In this document: positions 16,701 to 24,103 of the stretch, piece after piece
Layout of the letters: each line of letters starts with the position of its first letter
Numbering within the stretch: the stretch's first letter is position 1
Assembly: GCA_964347045.1 (NCBI GenBank)
Contig: CAYFXC010000014.1
Location: 27,901-56,244 of the forward strand
Source of the DNA: an uncultured archaeon
Lineage (GTDB): Archaea; Asgardarchaeota; Hermodarchaeia; Hermodarchaeales; Hermodarchaeaceae
DNA length: 28,344 nt
Reading direction: 5' to 3'
Position numbers and translations under genes: made by a program
Notes under the pieces: generated by a model
Seen by the model: the letters and a program-made list of their open reading frames with translations, nothing else
Told to the model about the DNA's origin: nothing
Databases searched by the model: none

Positions 16701-17339
16701 GTGGCAAAGATGATTCACGACATCCTCATTATTCATCGAGACACTGAGAACCCATTATTTCACCAAGCTCCTGCGGGTAAAAGTCAAATTGCCGCCATTG
16801 GTATGGATCCTCCCGTGTTTTCGTCACTTGCTGTAACGATTGTGAATGTTCTTCGTAACGCTGGAGCATTGGAACGAATACGTTTGCTCCAAGTGAAAAT
16901 GGCGTTTAATGTTTTTGAGAATCTAGTTTTTGTCATTCTATCATCTAATGATCATGATGAGTTTGAACTCAATCATGCGTTGAACCGCCTAAGTTCATTA
17001 TTTCTTCAATCATATACATCTGAAATAATTAATCAGTATAAAGATAAACCGCTAAGTTTCAATGCGTTTGATGTAAAATCGATTTTTCGATCTGATCGTG
17101 TTGTAGTTAGTGAAACTGATACTTTGATGAAAAGTATGATTCAACGCCTTGCTGACATGATTGCTGTGGCTGGACGACTCCAAGAGGAAGCTAGTATGTT
17201 AGCCGAAAAACAGAGTCTAGATGGCACTGTTATTATGAGCATAACGGCTATGCATCAGGAATTGCTAAATAAGCTTGAGGATTTGAAAACTCAGATGGAT
17301 CAGTTTCCTGTTCTCTCTGGTCCACATTTTCCTAGCTAG
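16701..17339 (+). CDS. Longin-like domain protein with C-terminal helical/coiled-coil region
   Basis: MIHDILII...PLF (beta-beta), DPPVFSSLAVTI (alpha1), three strands ending LVFVILS, and alpha2 L..L..LFLQSY fit the longin topology. The start may be the ATG at 16710. Confidence 0.6.
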   Translation: MAKMIHDILIIHRDTENPLFHQAPAGKSQIAAIGMDPPVFSSLAVTIVNVLRNAGALERIRLLQVKMAFNVFENLVFVILSSNDHDEFELNHALNRLSSLFLQSYTSEIINQYKDKPLSFNAFDVKSIFRSDRVVVSETDTLMKSMIQRLADMIAVAGRLQEEASMLAEKQSLDGTVIMSITAMHQELLNKLEDLKTQMDQFPVLSGPHFPS

Positions 17340-17346
17340 TCTTGTT

Positions 17347-18150
17347 TTATTCGAAATTGAATCCTTGGTTGCGTAAAGTTTCGAGAAACGGTACTTTGTA
17401 CCAGCCACCATGGATGAACTTTCGAGATATGTGCTCACACCACGAATATGTATTGTAATCTATTGTATCTTCTCCTTTTTGAAGAGGAATCTTTGCATTC
17501 CGTTCCACGTAGTAATCTTGAGCAAGATATCCTTTATCCATTACTTCCATAGCTGCAAGTAATTCTGCTTTTGTCGGTTTACGGTATCTATCTTCAAATG
17601 TGCTGAAGCTTAGCGGGTACCGTGGGCGGATTTCGGTATGTTCTGATGAATCAGGATAGCCCAAGCATAGGCCCACGACAGGAAACGCTCGGTTGGGGAT
17701 ATCAAATATTTCAGCTAGTTGTTCAGCAAAGAGGGGAACAGCACCTAAAAGGACCGAACCAAGGTCAAAAGCTTCAGCTGCTAGGACGATGTTTTCAATC
17801 ACCAGTGACACATCTTGAAGTCCTAACCAAAGTGCGAATGCATCATCGAAATCATAGGTGTATCCTCGTTGATTCATGACTTTCTCGTGGCGGTATAAAT
17901 CGATGAGGAAAAACATGAGAACTTGGGTTGTGGGATATACGCCCATTCGACGGAATTCTTTGATGTTTTTCCTGTCGCGAGTATAAATAACGCTACAAAG
18001 TTGCGCAGCGAAGGGTGCACGTAGTCCTGCAGTTAGAATTTGTTCAAGGACTTCATCGGAAATAGGTTTATCAAGGAAGAGTCGTATTGAACGCCGGTTG
18101 TGGATGATTTTAAAGAGATTTTGGGTATACCCTTCTTGAGAGTTAGTCAT
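17347..18150 (-). CDS. Nitroreductase family protein (NfsA/FRP-like NADPH-flavin oxidoreductase)
   Basis: RRSIR.F..KPI, RAP, D..LV.ENIVLAAE...LGSV.LG, PVVGLCLGYP, RPR.P. Confidence 0.9.
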   Translation of the reverse strand: MTNSQEGYTQNLFKIIHNRRSIRLFLDKPISDEVLEQILTAGLRAPFAAQLCSVIYTRDRKNIKEFRRMGVYPTTQVLMFFLIDLYRHEKVMNQRGYTYDFDDAFALWLGLQDVSLVIENIVLAAEAFDLGSVLLGAVPLFAEQLAEIFDIPNRAFPVVGLCLGYPDSSEHTEIRPRYPLSFSTFEDRYRKPTKAELLAAMEVMDKGYLAQDYYVERNAKIPLQKGEDTIDYNTYSWCEHISRKFIHGGWYKVPFLETLRNQGFNFE

Positions 18151-18244
18151 TAGAATTCATCCCAGATTAATTTAATGAAGCAAATCTGTCATAATCTATC
18201 AGATTAATAACTCTGATAGGTAATAACTTGATGAGGTTTAGAAA

Positions 18245-18472
18245 ATGCCTGTGGTTGTTTACATACTTATTCGAGTTGAAGCCGGGAAGGTTTGGGATGT
18301 GGCTCAAGCAATTGGGAAAATCTCAGGTGTTGACCGTTCGAATGTAGTAACAGGTCCCTACGATGTCATCGCTTATGCTGTATTGCCATCAACCGAGGAT
18401 CTTCGAAAATTAATGGAAGGCATCCATAGTGTCGATGGTGTAAATCGAACCGAAACCTGTATTGCAATCTAA
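18245..18472 (+). CDS. Stand-alone Lrp/AsnC ligand-binding (RAM) domain protein
   Basis: 75 aa; YILI.VE.G, VTGPYDVIA, I..VDGV.RTET; no HTH; GAGG upstream. Confidence 0.88.
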   Translation: MPVVVYILIRVEAGKVWDVAQAIGKISGVDRSNVVTGPYDVIAYAVLPSTEDLRKLMEGIHSVDGVNRTETCIAI

Positions 18473-18483
18473 CGGTATAAGGT

Positions 18484-18816
18484 CTACCAGACCATAGGCA
18501 CATACCCCTCTTTGATGAGATCTGTGATAATAGTTCCCACGTATTCAATCTTTAATCCGAGTTTAGCAAGAGGCTCGGAGGTTCCTTCAGAATCAGAAAT
18601 GTACTTACAGGCAATTCCTTCTCCAGAAGCACATAATTCTTTGACATCCTTAGCTAGCTCTAGGTCATTTGCTACGAGTTGTTCAGAAGGCCCGAAGAGG
18701 ATGGTTTTAACATCGTCAAGCCAACCATATTTCAGAGTATTTTTCGCAAACATTAGAGCTGTTTGAACAACACCCTTTTCGGCAGAAGTAATTATCACTA
18801 TAATTTTTGAATTCAT
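18484..18816 (-). CDS. DsrE/DsrF-like family protein
   Basis: KIIVIITS, ALMFA.N...GW.DDV..ILFGPSE, ACK, I..LIKEGY.PMVW; ATG at 18816 with GGAGGAG upstream. Confidence 0.82.
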   Translation of the reverse strand: MNSKIIVIITSAEKGVVQTALMFAKNTLKYGWLDDVKTILFGPSEQLVANDLELAKDVKELCASGEGIACKYISDSEGTSEPLAKLGLKIEYVGTIITDLIKEGYVPMVW

Positions 18817-18833
18817 TTTACAACTCCTCCTAA

Positions 18834-20228
18834 TCATTGGGCGTGGTTTTGGTGGACATGTGAAGGGTCATAAAGGTTCCCAAGGGCGGATACGATCAGT
18901 TCTGTAAGTGCTGGGTGAATGTGCATGCCTTGAGCAAGAGTCCACATATTTCCACCGATTGCCATGATGTCTACGACTTCTTGGATAAGCATCGCTGCGT
19001 AAGGACCAATGATGTGAAATCCAAGAATTTTGTAGGTGTTCTTATCAATGATGGCTTTTGCAAATCCGTCTTCTTCAACCATTGCCTCACCTTTAGCGAC
19101 ATCGGAGTATTTGGCTGTCCCCAATAGGATTTCATGGTCTTTTACCGCTTCTGCTGCCGTGAGACCAACCCCCGCAATTTGCGGATAGGAAAATACTGCA
19201 TATGGTACCGCATGGTATTCCATTTTCTGCTTATGTTCTCCAACAGCATTGTTCCAAGCCAGTTGGGCTTCGCGGTTTGCGACATGCTTAAACATGTAAC
19301 GTCCTGTGACGTCTCCGAGAGCCCAGATGTTCTTTTTACTCGTTTCTAGGTAATCGTTGATCTCTATGAACCCGCGCTCATCAGTTTTTACACCAGTTTT
19401 TTTCACATTGAGAACATCAGCATTTGATTGTCGTCCAGTCGCAACAAGAATTCGTTCACCTTTGAATTCGCTTTGTTCTCCTGACTCATCGTGTTCACCA
19501 ATCACGATATCTCCAGAAGTTGTCTGTTTTGCTTCAATCGCCGTAGTGTTAGTAAAGACCCTCATCCGTTTTGATAAGGCATTTTGGAGCGTAGTCGAAA
19601 TCTCGGGTTCGTTCTGGGGAACCAAGTGTGGTCCCTGCTGTAGTATTGTAACTTTCGACCCCATCGCGGCAAGAAAGTGACTATATTCTGCTGCGATATA
19701 TCCGCCACCAATGATTATCACACTTTTCGGTAGCTCGGTTATCTCGAGTAAGGTTTCATTCGTCAAATAATTGACTTTGTCCAGTCCCTTGATGGGAGGA
19801 ATGTATGGACGAGCTCCTGCAACAATGAATATTTTCTCACCACGAATTTCTTCTCCTGCAACCTCCATTGTATAGTTACTGATAAATTGTCCTTCAGCTT
19901 CATAAAAATCAAGATTTTGAGCATGTTGAAGTCCAGCTCGCATGTGTGCCAGGCTTTCATCAATTGGTTGACGCATTCGAGCCATTATCGCCTTGAAATC
20001 AATAGCTTTGATTTCAGCGTTGATTCCTAGTTTATGGGCTTCTTGGATTTCAACAACTCGGTCAGCGGGATAAATGAGCATTTTTGATGGGATACATCCG
20101 ACATTAAGACAAGTACCTCCTAAGGGTCCACGATCAACATAAGCAACTTTGAATCCCGCACGGTATGCCTGGTCGAGGATAATTCCACCTGATCCAGATC
20201 CAATTACGATAACATCGTATTTCTTCAT
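18834..20228 (-). CDS. Pyridine nucleotide-disulfide oxidoreductase (dihydrolipoamide dehydrogenase/mycothione reductase-like)
   Basis: GSGSGG FAD motif, GGTCLNVGCIPSK redox disulfide, GGGYIAAE, ATGR, GD, HP...E dyad. The MKKYDV start at 20228 is preferred. Confidence 0.9.
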   Translation of the reverse strand: MKKYDVIVIGSGSGGIILDQAYRAGFKVAYVDRGPLGGTCLNVGCIPSKMLIYPADRVVEIQEAHKLGINAEIKAIDFKAIMARMRQPIDESLAHMRAGLQHAQNLDFYEAEGQFISNYTMEVAGEEIRGEKIFIVAGARPYIPPIKGLDKVNYLTNETLLEITELPKSVIIIGGGYIAAEYSHFLAAMGSKVTILQQGPHLVPQNEPEISTTLQNALSKRMRVFTNTTAIEAKQTTSGDIVIGEHDESGEQSEFKGERILVATGRQSNADVLNVKKTGVKTDERGFIEINDYLETSKKNIWALGDVTGRYMFKHVANREAQLAWNNAVGEHKQKMEYHAVPYAVFSYPQIAGVGLTAAEAVKDHEILLGTAKYSDVAKGEAMVEEDGFAKAIIDKNTYKILGFHIIGPYAAMLIQEVVDIMAIGGNMWTLAQGMHIHPALTELIVSALGNLYDPSHVHQNHAQ

Positions 20229-20381
20229 AGAGGTAAATTGTTTGTTGTTCCTTAAAATAACTTCAGAACTACCCAAGATGCTCGTTCACAAGTTTTTTAA
20301 TGGTTTTTTATATAAGTACAGAACTTTTTCAAGGAGAAATGAGCAAGGAATGAAGAAGGCGTTTGAGTGGAGCTTGAATCT

Positions 20382-21563
20382 ATGCCGAAATCTGTGAAAA
20401 CTGCCTCACGCTTACAGGACGTATCACCCAGCGGTCTTCGTGAGTTCTTTGAGATTGGATCAAAACTAGCCAGAAAAGGAATCGATGTAATATCGTTAGG
20501 TATTGGTGATTTAGATTTACCTCTTCCTCCCTTTTTAGGAGATGCCATTGCTGATGCATTCGCCACTGGGCAAACCCATTACTCTTCTAATGCTGGTATT
20601 GTCGAGTTACGGCAAGCCATTGCTGATCGATACCAAACTACCTACAAACTTGAATATACACCAGAAGAAGTATTGGTCACTTGTGGAGCTTTAGAAGGTC
20701 TTCTCGATACAATGATTGCGCTTGTCGACCCTGGGGATCGAGTTTTGGTACAAGATCCCGCCTTTGGATATTTTGCTAATCAGGCGAAATTAGCGGGTGC
20801 AGAAGTTGAATTAATTCCAATGACCTCAAGCTTCGACCTTGATGTTGACAAGTATCATTCTGCCTTTGAGAAGAAACCTCCAAAAATGGTGATCATTAAT
20901 TCCCCCTGCAATCCCACAGGTTCGGTCGCTTCACAGAAAAATGTAAAAGAAATCGTAGAACTTGCTGCAAAGCATGATGTAATTCTTATTTCAGATGAAT
21001 GCTACGAATTCCTACGATATGACGGAAACCCACACATTTGTGCAGCAACATTCAATCGAGAGAATGTAATTGTAGTCAACAGCTTTTCCAAGGCTTTAGC
21101 GATGACCGGATTGCGTTTGGGTTATGTGATTGCACCCGTGAACTTGATGAGGCCAATCTATCAGGTCCATCAATACAATACAGCGTGTGCCCCAACCCCC
21201 ATTCAGGTGGGCGCTATGAAAACACTTTCCAATCCTAAAGCGTTCAAAGGAATAATTGGACAACATCGCAATGTACTCAACGATCGTCGGAAAGTTGCCC
21301 TTGAAAGTTTTACACCCATCAAAGGGTTCAAGTTCTCCTATGAGCCTGTTGCTGGATTCTATCTATTTCCAAACGTAGAAGATACAGGCATGACAGGTCC
21401 GGAATTTGCAATATCGCTGCTAGAAGAAAAAGGGGTTATCGTTGTGCCTGGAGACCAATTTGGCCAAGCCTATCCCAATAATATTCGGATAAGTGTGGGA
21501 TCTGCACCACCAAATCGGATTCGAGAAGCCGCTTCACGCATTACTGATTTCGTAAACAAATAG
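20382..21563 (+). CDS. PLP-dependent aminotransferase class I/II (aspartate aminotransferase-like)
   Basis: LGIGD.D, Y...G..ELR.AIA, NSPCNPTG, ISDECY, SFSKALAMTGLRLG (PLP Lys), VPG..FG...IRIS. The start may extend to GTG 20367. Confidence 0.93.
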   Translation: MPKSVKTASRLQDVSPSGLREFFEIGSKLARKGIDVISLGIGDLDLPLPPFLGDAIADAFATGQTHYSSNAGIVELRQAIADRYQTTYKLEYTPEEVLVTCGALEGLLDTMIALVDPGDRVLVQDPAFGYFANQAKLAGAEVELIPMTSSFDLDVDKYHSAFEKKPPKMVIINSPCNPTGSVASQKNVKEIVELAAKHDVILISDECYEFLRYDGNPHICAATFNRENVIVVNSFSKALAMTGLRLGYVIAPVNLMRPIYQVHQYNTACAPTPIQVGAMKTLSNPKAFKGIIGQHRNVLNDRRKVALESFTPIKGFKFSYEPVAGFYLFPNVEDTGMTGPEFAISLLEEKGVIVVPGDQFGQAYPNNIRISVGSAPPNRIREAASRITDFVNK

Positions 21564-21644
21564 ATACTCTCATTGGTAGATTCTTTGATGTGAATCCAGC
21601 ACTATTTGAAGCCATTTCCTTGAAGGTTGCAATTCATATGATTT

Positions 21645-22571
21645 TCAATTCAAACTTAGATCCTCGACTAACTCCTCCTCATGAACTCTGAGTTCAATGA
21701 CTGTTAATAAGAATTGCATTTTTTGGTTGAATGGTGAAGCAGGGATTTGAAGCTGGGTAACTACGGGAAGATGATCTGAAGCTAGTGAAGTGGGTACAGT
21801 GTGACTGATAACCGTAATTGTTGGTGATACGAAAATATAATCAATGCGTTGGTATGGTCCAGTTGATGGCCAAGTGAGATTGCCTGATAGAGAAAGCGCC
21901 ACTTCAAATGAATCATTGAGAAAGTTTGTAATGTCAGTATAAATGCTCTGATCTACTGGATCAGTTGTGTAGGCGTCAACGTTGAAGTCCCCTGCCCAGA
22001 TTTTGATATTGCTACCAGTTGATGAAACATATGGAATAGCTACATCAGCTTGATTTTGTCGATCTGCAGAACTGAAAGCCGAGAAATGTACGGCATATAC
22101 CGAAACCTGTTGTCCTGCAACTTCGATATCTGCGCGAAGGAGTGTGTCATCTTCACTTGGGCTGTGTAAAATGATCTCTTCGTAATACTGGATAGGATAC
22201 TTACTGAGAATCACGTCACTTTGCCATATGTGATTTACTGACAAAACCGGTGCTAGAAACATGTTGAGTTTTTGAGCCAGCCACCGTGCTTGGTCAGTGG
22301 TTCCGGACATAATAACACCTGTGTCCACTTCTTGCAGGACGAGGATATCGGGGTTAGATTGTTGAATGGTTATCAGGATTCCATTCAAATCTAATCGATT
22401 ATTTACATCAAAGGCTTCATGGATATTGTATGTCATGACAGTTAGTTGACCGGAGGGTTGTGGATTAACTTGATAGGTGAAAGCACACCAGGTTCCGGTT
22501 ATCACAAGAGGGACCAGAAGTAGTGCCGCAATGAGAATGGTATTCGAGTTACGATAGTTGAATGTGCTCAT
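21645..22571 (-). CDS. Membrane-anchored endonuclease/exonuclease/phosphatase (EEP) family hydrolase
   Basis: MTYNIH, PDILVLQEVD, LSKYPI, GDFN, RIDYIF, SDHLPV; N-terminal TM; ATGA overlap with the upstream gene and AGGAGG RBS. Confidence 0.9.
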   Translation of the reverse strand: MSTFNYRNSNTILIAALLLVPLVITGTWCAFTYQVNPQPSGQLTVMTYNIHEAFDVNNRLDLNGILITIQQSNPDILVLQEVDTGVIMSGTTDQARWLAQKLNMFLAPVLSVNHIWQSDVILSKYPIQYYEEIILHSPSEDDTLLRADIEVAGQQVSVYAVHFSAFSSADRQNQADVAIPYVSSTGSNIKIWAGDFNVDAYTTDPVDQSIYTDITNFLNDSFEVALSLSGNLTWPSTGPYQRIDYIFVSPTITVISHTVPTSLASDHLPVVTQLQIPASPFNQKMQFLLTVIELRVHEEELVEDLSLN

Positions 22572-23809
22572 TGATCTAACCTCCTCAGCTTGTAAACAGC
22601 ATAGGTTGATGCGATGCCCAGAATGATAAAGGCACTATAAATGAGGGTTAAGGATTGCCCCGCGAAAATGCTCCCGATATCGCCCAAGTATGCATAAGTG
22701 TAAGTGAAGGCAAACATGAAGTCCCACAGCAGGAAGAAGAGGAAAGCAACAAAAATTGCTATACAAAGAATGGTTGTTGACCAACGAAGTCTTGGGTGCA
22801 GAGTAAACTGAAGGATGTAGTATAGATTGGCAAGAAGAAACAAATTGATGACTGTGAGGGCTAGGCTGTGTAACCAAATAGGCCAGAAAAGAAACCCTGG
22901 GAAGACTAGGATAATGATGAGATTTGAAATGGCAACCGAATACCATTTTTCTCTATCAAAAATGCTTCTTCCCCTTTTATGAAGTAACATTATGCCCACA
23001 ATAGTTTGGATCGATAGGATAGAAACTAGGATGATTGTTATGTCAAGGAGAAAATAGGGTGGATTTTGGCTTCGGAGAAGGTTGTGGGGGCTTAAGAAGA
23101 GGCTATGTTCAAGAAAAAGGAAAGCACCAAATCCTGCAATTGTGAGCAGTCCAACTATTCGTGATGTTAAAGGTAACGGTTTGTGTTCTTCACTTGCAGT
23201 ATTTGGAGATATATCTGGGAGTTGTGGGGCTTGTTGAATTTTCCATATTCCAATTCCAATTACTATTATGGCGAATATTAGTTGGAACGGAAAATAGGGT
23301 AGGGTTCTAGATATGTCAGAAGTTGTTCCGATTGCACGAAACAAAATATCAAAGCTGAAGGCAATAATAAAACTAACGGAGAGTAGAGCTGCTTTGCCTG
23401 TATGTCCAATTTCATGTTGGTTTTGGATTTGGCTGTAAAGATAGAATGGAAGGAAAATGGCATAAAATGCTACGACCATTGATGAGAATAAAATTTCGAT
23501 TTCGTATGCTAGTTGTAGGCTAATTGGTGTGGCAAAAATTGCAGCCAAAATTGCACTACCAATAATCATGTGACTAAGGGAGACTTTTCTATAAATTAAG
23601 ACTGCAAGAAGGGGCGCTCCAAATGCTAGGAGGGTGAGTAATGGAATATAGTTTCCTGTTCCCTCCCAGAGGATATTGAAAAATGAAATGTAGAGATTTC
23701 CGACATAGGTTCGAAAACTTTGGAGAAAGAAGAGGGTCACAAGGAACGGCACAAACAATTGAAAGATGAAATCCTTGGAGGGAATTTCTTCAGAAATGAA
23801 CCTATTCAT
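22568..23809 (-). CDS. Multi-pass membrane protein (about 12 TM) translationally coupled to the EEP hydrolase
   Basis: 413-aa hydrophobic ORF whose stop overlaps the start of the EEP gene (ATGA). Confidence 0.8.
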   Translation of the reverse strand: MNRFISEEIPSKDFIFQLFVPFLVTLFFLQSFRTYVGNLYISFFNILWEGTGNYIPLLTLLAFGAPLLAVLIYRKVSLSHMIIGSAILAAIFATPISLQLAYEIEILFSSMVVAFYAIFLPFYLYSQIQNQHEIGHTGKAALLSVSFIIAFSFDILFRAIGTTSDISRTLPYFPFQLIFAIIVIGIGIWKIQQAPQLPDISPNTASEEHKPLPLTSRIVGLLTIAGFGAFLFLEHSLFLSPHNLLRSQNPPYFLLDITIILVSILSIQTIVGIMLLHKRGRSIFDREKWYSVAISNLIIILVFPGFLFWPIWLHSLALTVINLFLLANLYYILQFTLHPRLRWSTTILCIAIFVAFLFFLLWDFMFAFTYTYAYLGDIGSIFAGQSLTLIYSAFIILGIASTYAVYKLRRLDQ

Positions 23810-23938
23810 GACTTTTCCCTGCTCTCAATAGAGGATAATTCTGGAATTATACATATTATCCGTTAAATATCTAGTAGCCATCCGGTTAGTAGATCCCAGC
23901 TTCTTTTTGTCAAGCACTTTTTGAAGTTGTTTGATTGA

Positions 23939-24071
23939 CTGCTTGAAGAAAACGGAGTCAATGTGGTTCCAGGCGATCAGTTACGTGCTGCTTATCCGAA
24001 TAGCCTCCGAATTACTGTGGGCTCTACACCGGCTAATTGACTTCGTAGCTACATCTCGGATTGCAGACTTT
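23939..24071 (+). pseudogene. Degenerate 3'-terminal fragment of the aminotransferase gene
   Basis: Translates LLEENGVNVVPGDQLRAAYPNSLRITVGSTPAN*LR-[2-nt deletion]-ATSRIADF, versus LLEEKGVIVVPGDQFGQAYPNNIRISVGSAPPNRIREAASRITDF at 21417-21551. 30/45 residues identical; in-frame TGA at 24038-24040. Confidence 0.88.
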
Positions 24072-24103
24072 GAGAGAAGAAGTGAGGGGGTCATCATTCT
24101 TGG

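Noticed and set aside
18834-20228. Mercuric reductase (merA)
   Set aside because: It lacks the C-terminal Cys-Cys pair and N-terminal HMA domain, and it has the HPxxxE dyad.
22568-22571. Frameshifted single gene or programmed frameshift between the TM and EEP ORFs
   Set aside because: A clean ATGA overlap with a well-spaced AGGAGG and an own N-terminal anchor on the EEP protein indicates two coupled genes.
24038-24040. In-frame TGA as selenocysteine or readthrough
   Set aside because: It aligns to an Arg codon in a start-less fragment that also has a frameshift, so it is pseudogene decay.
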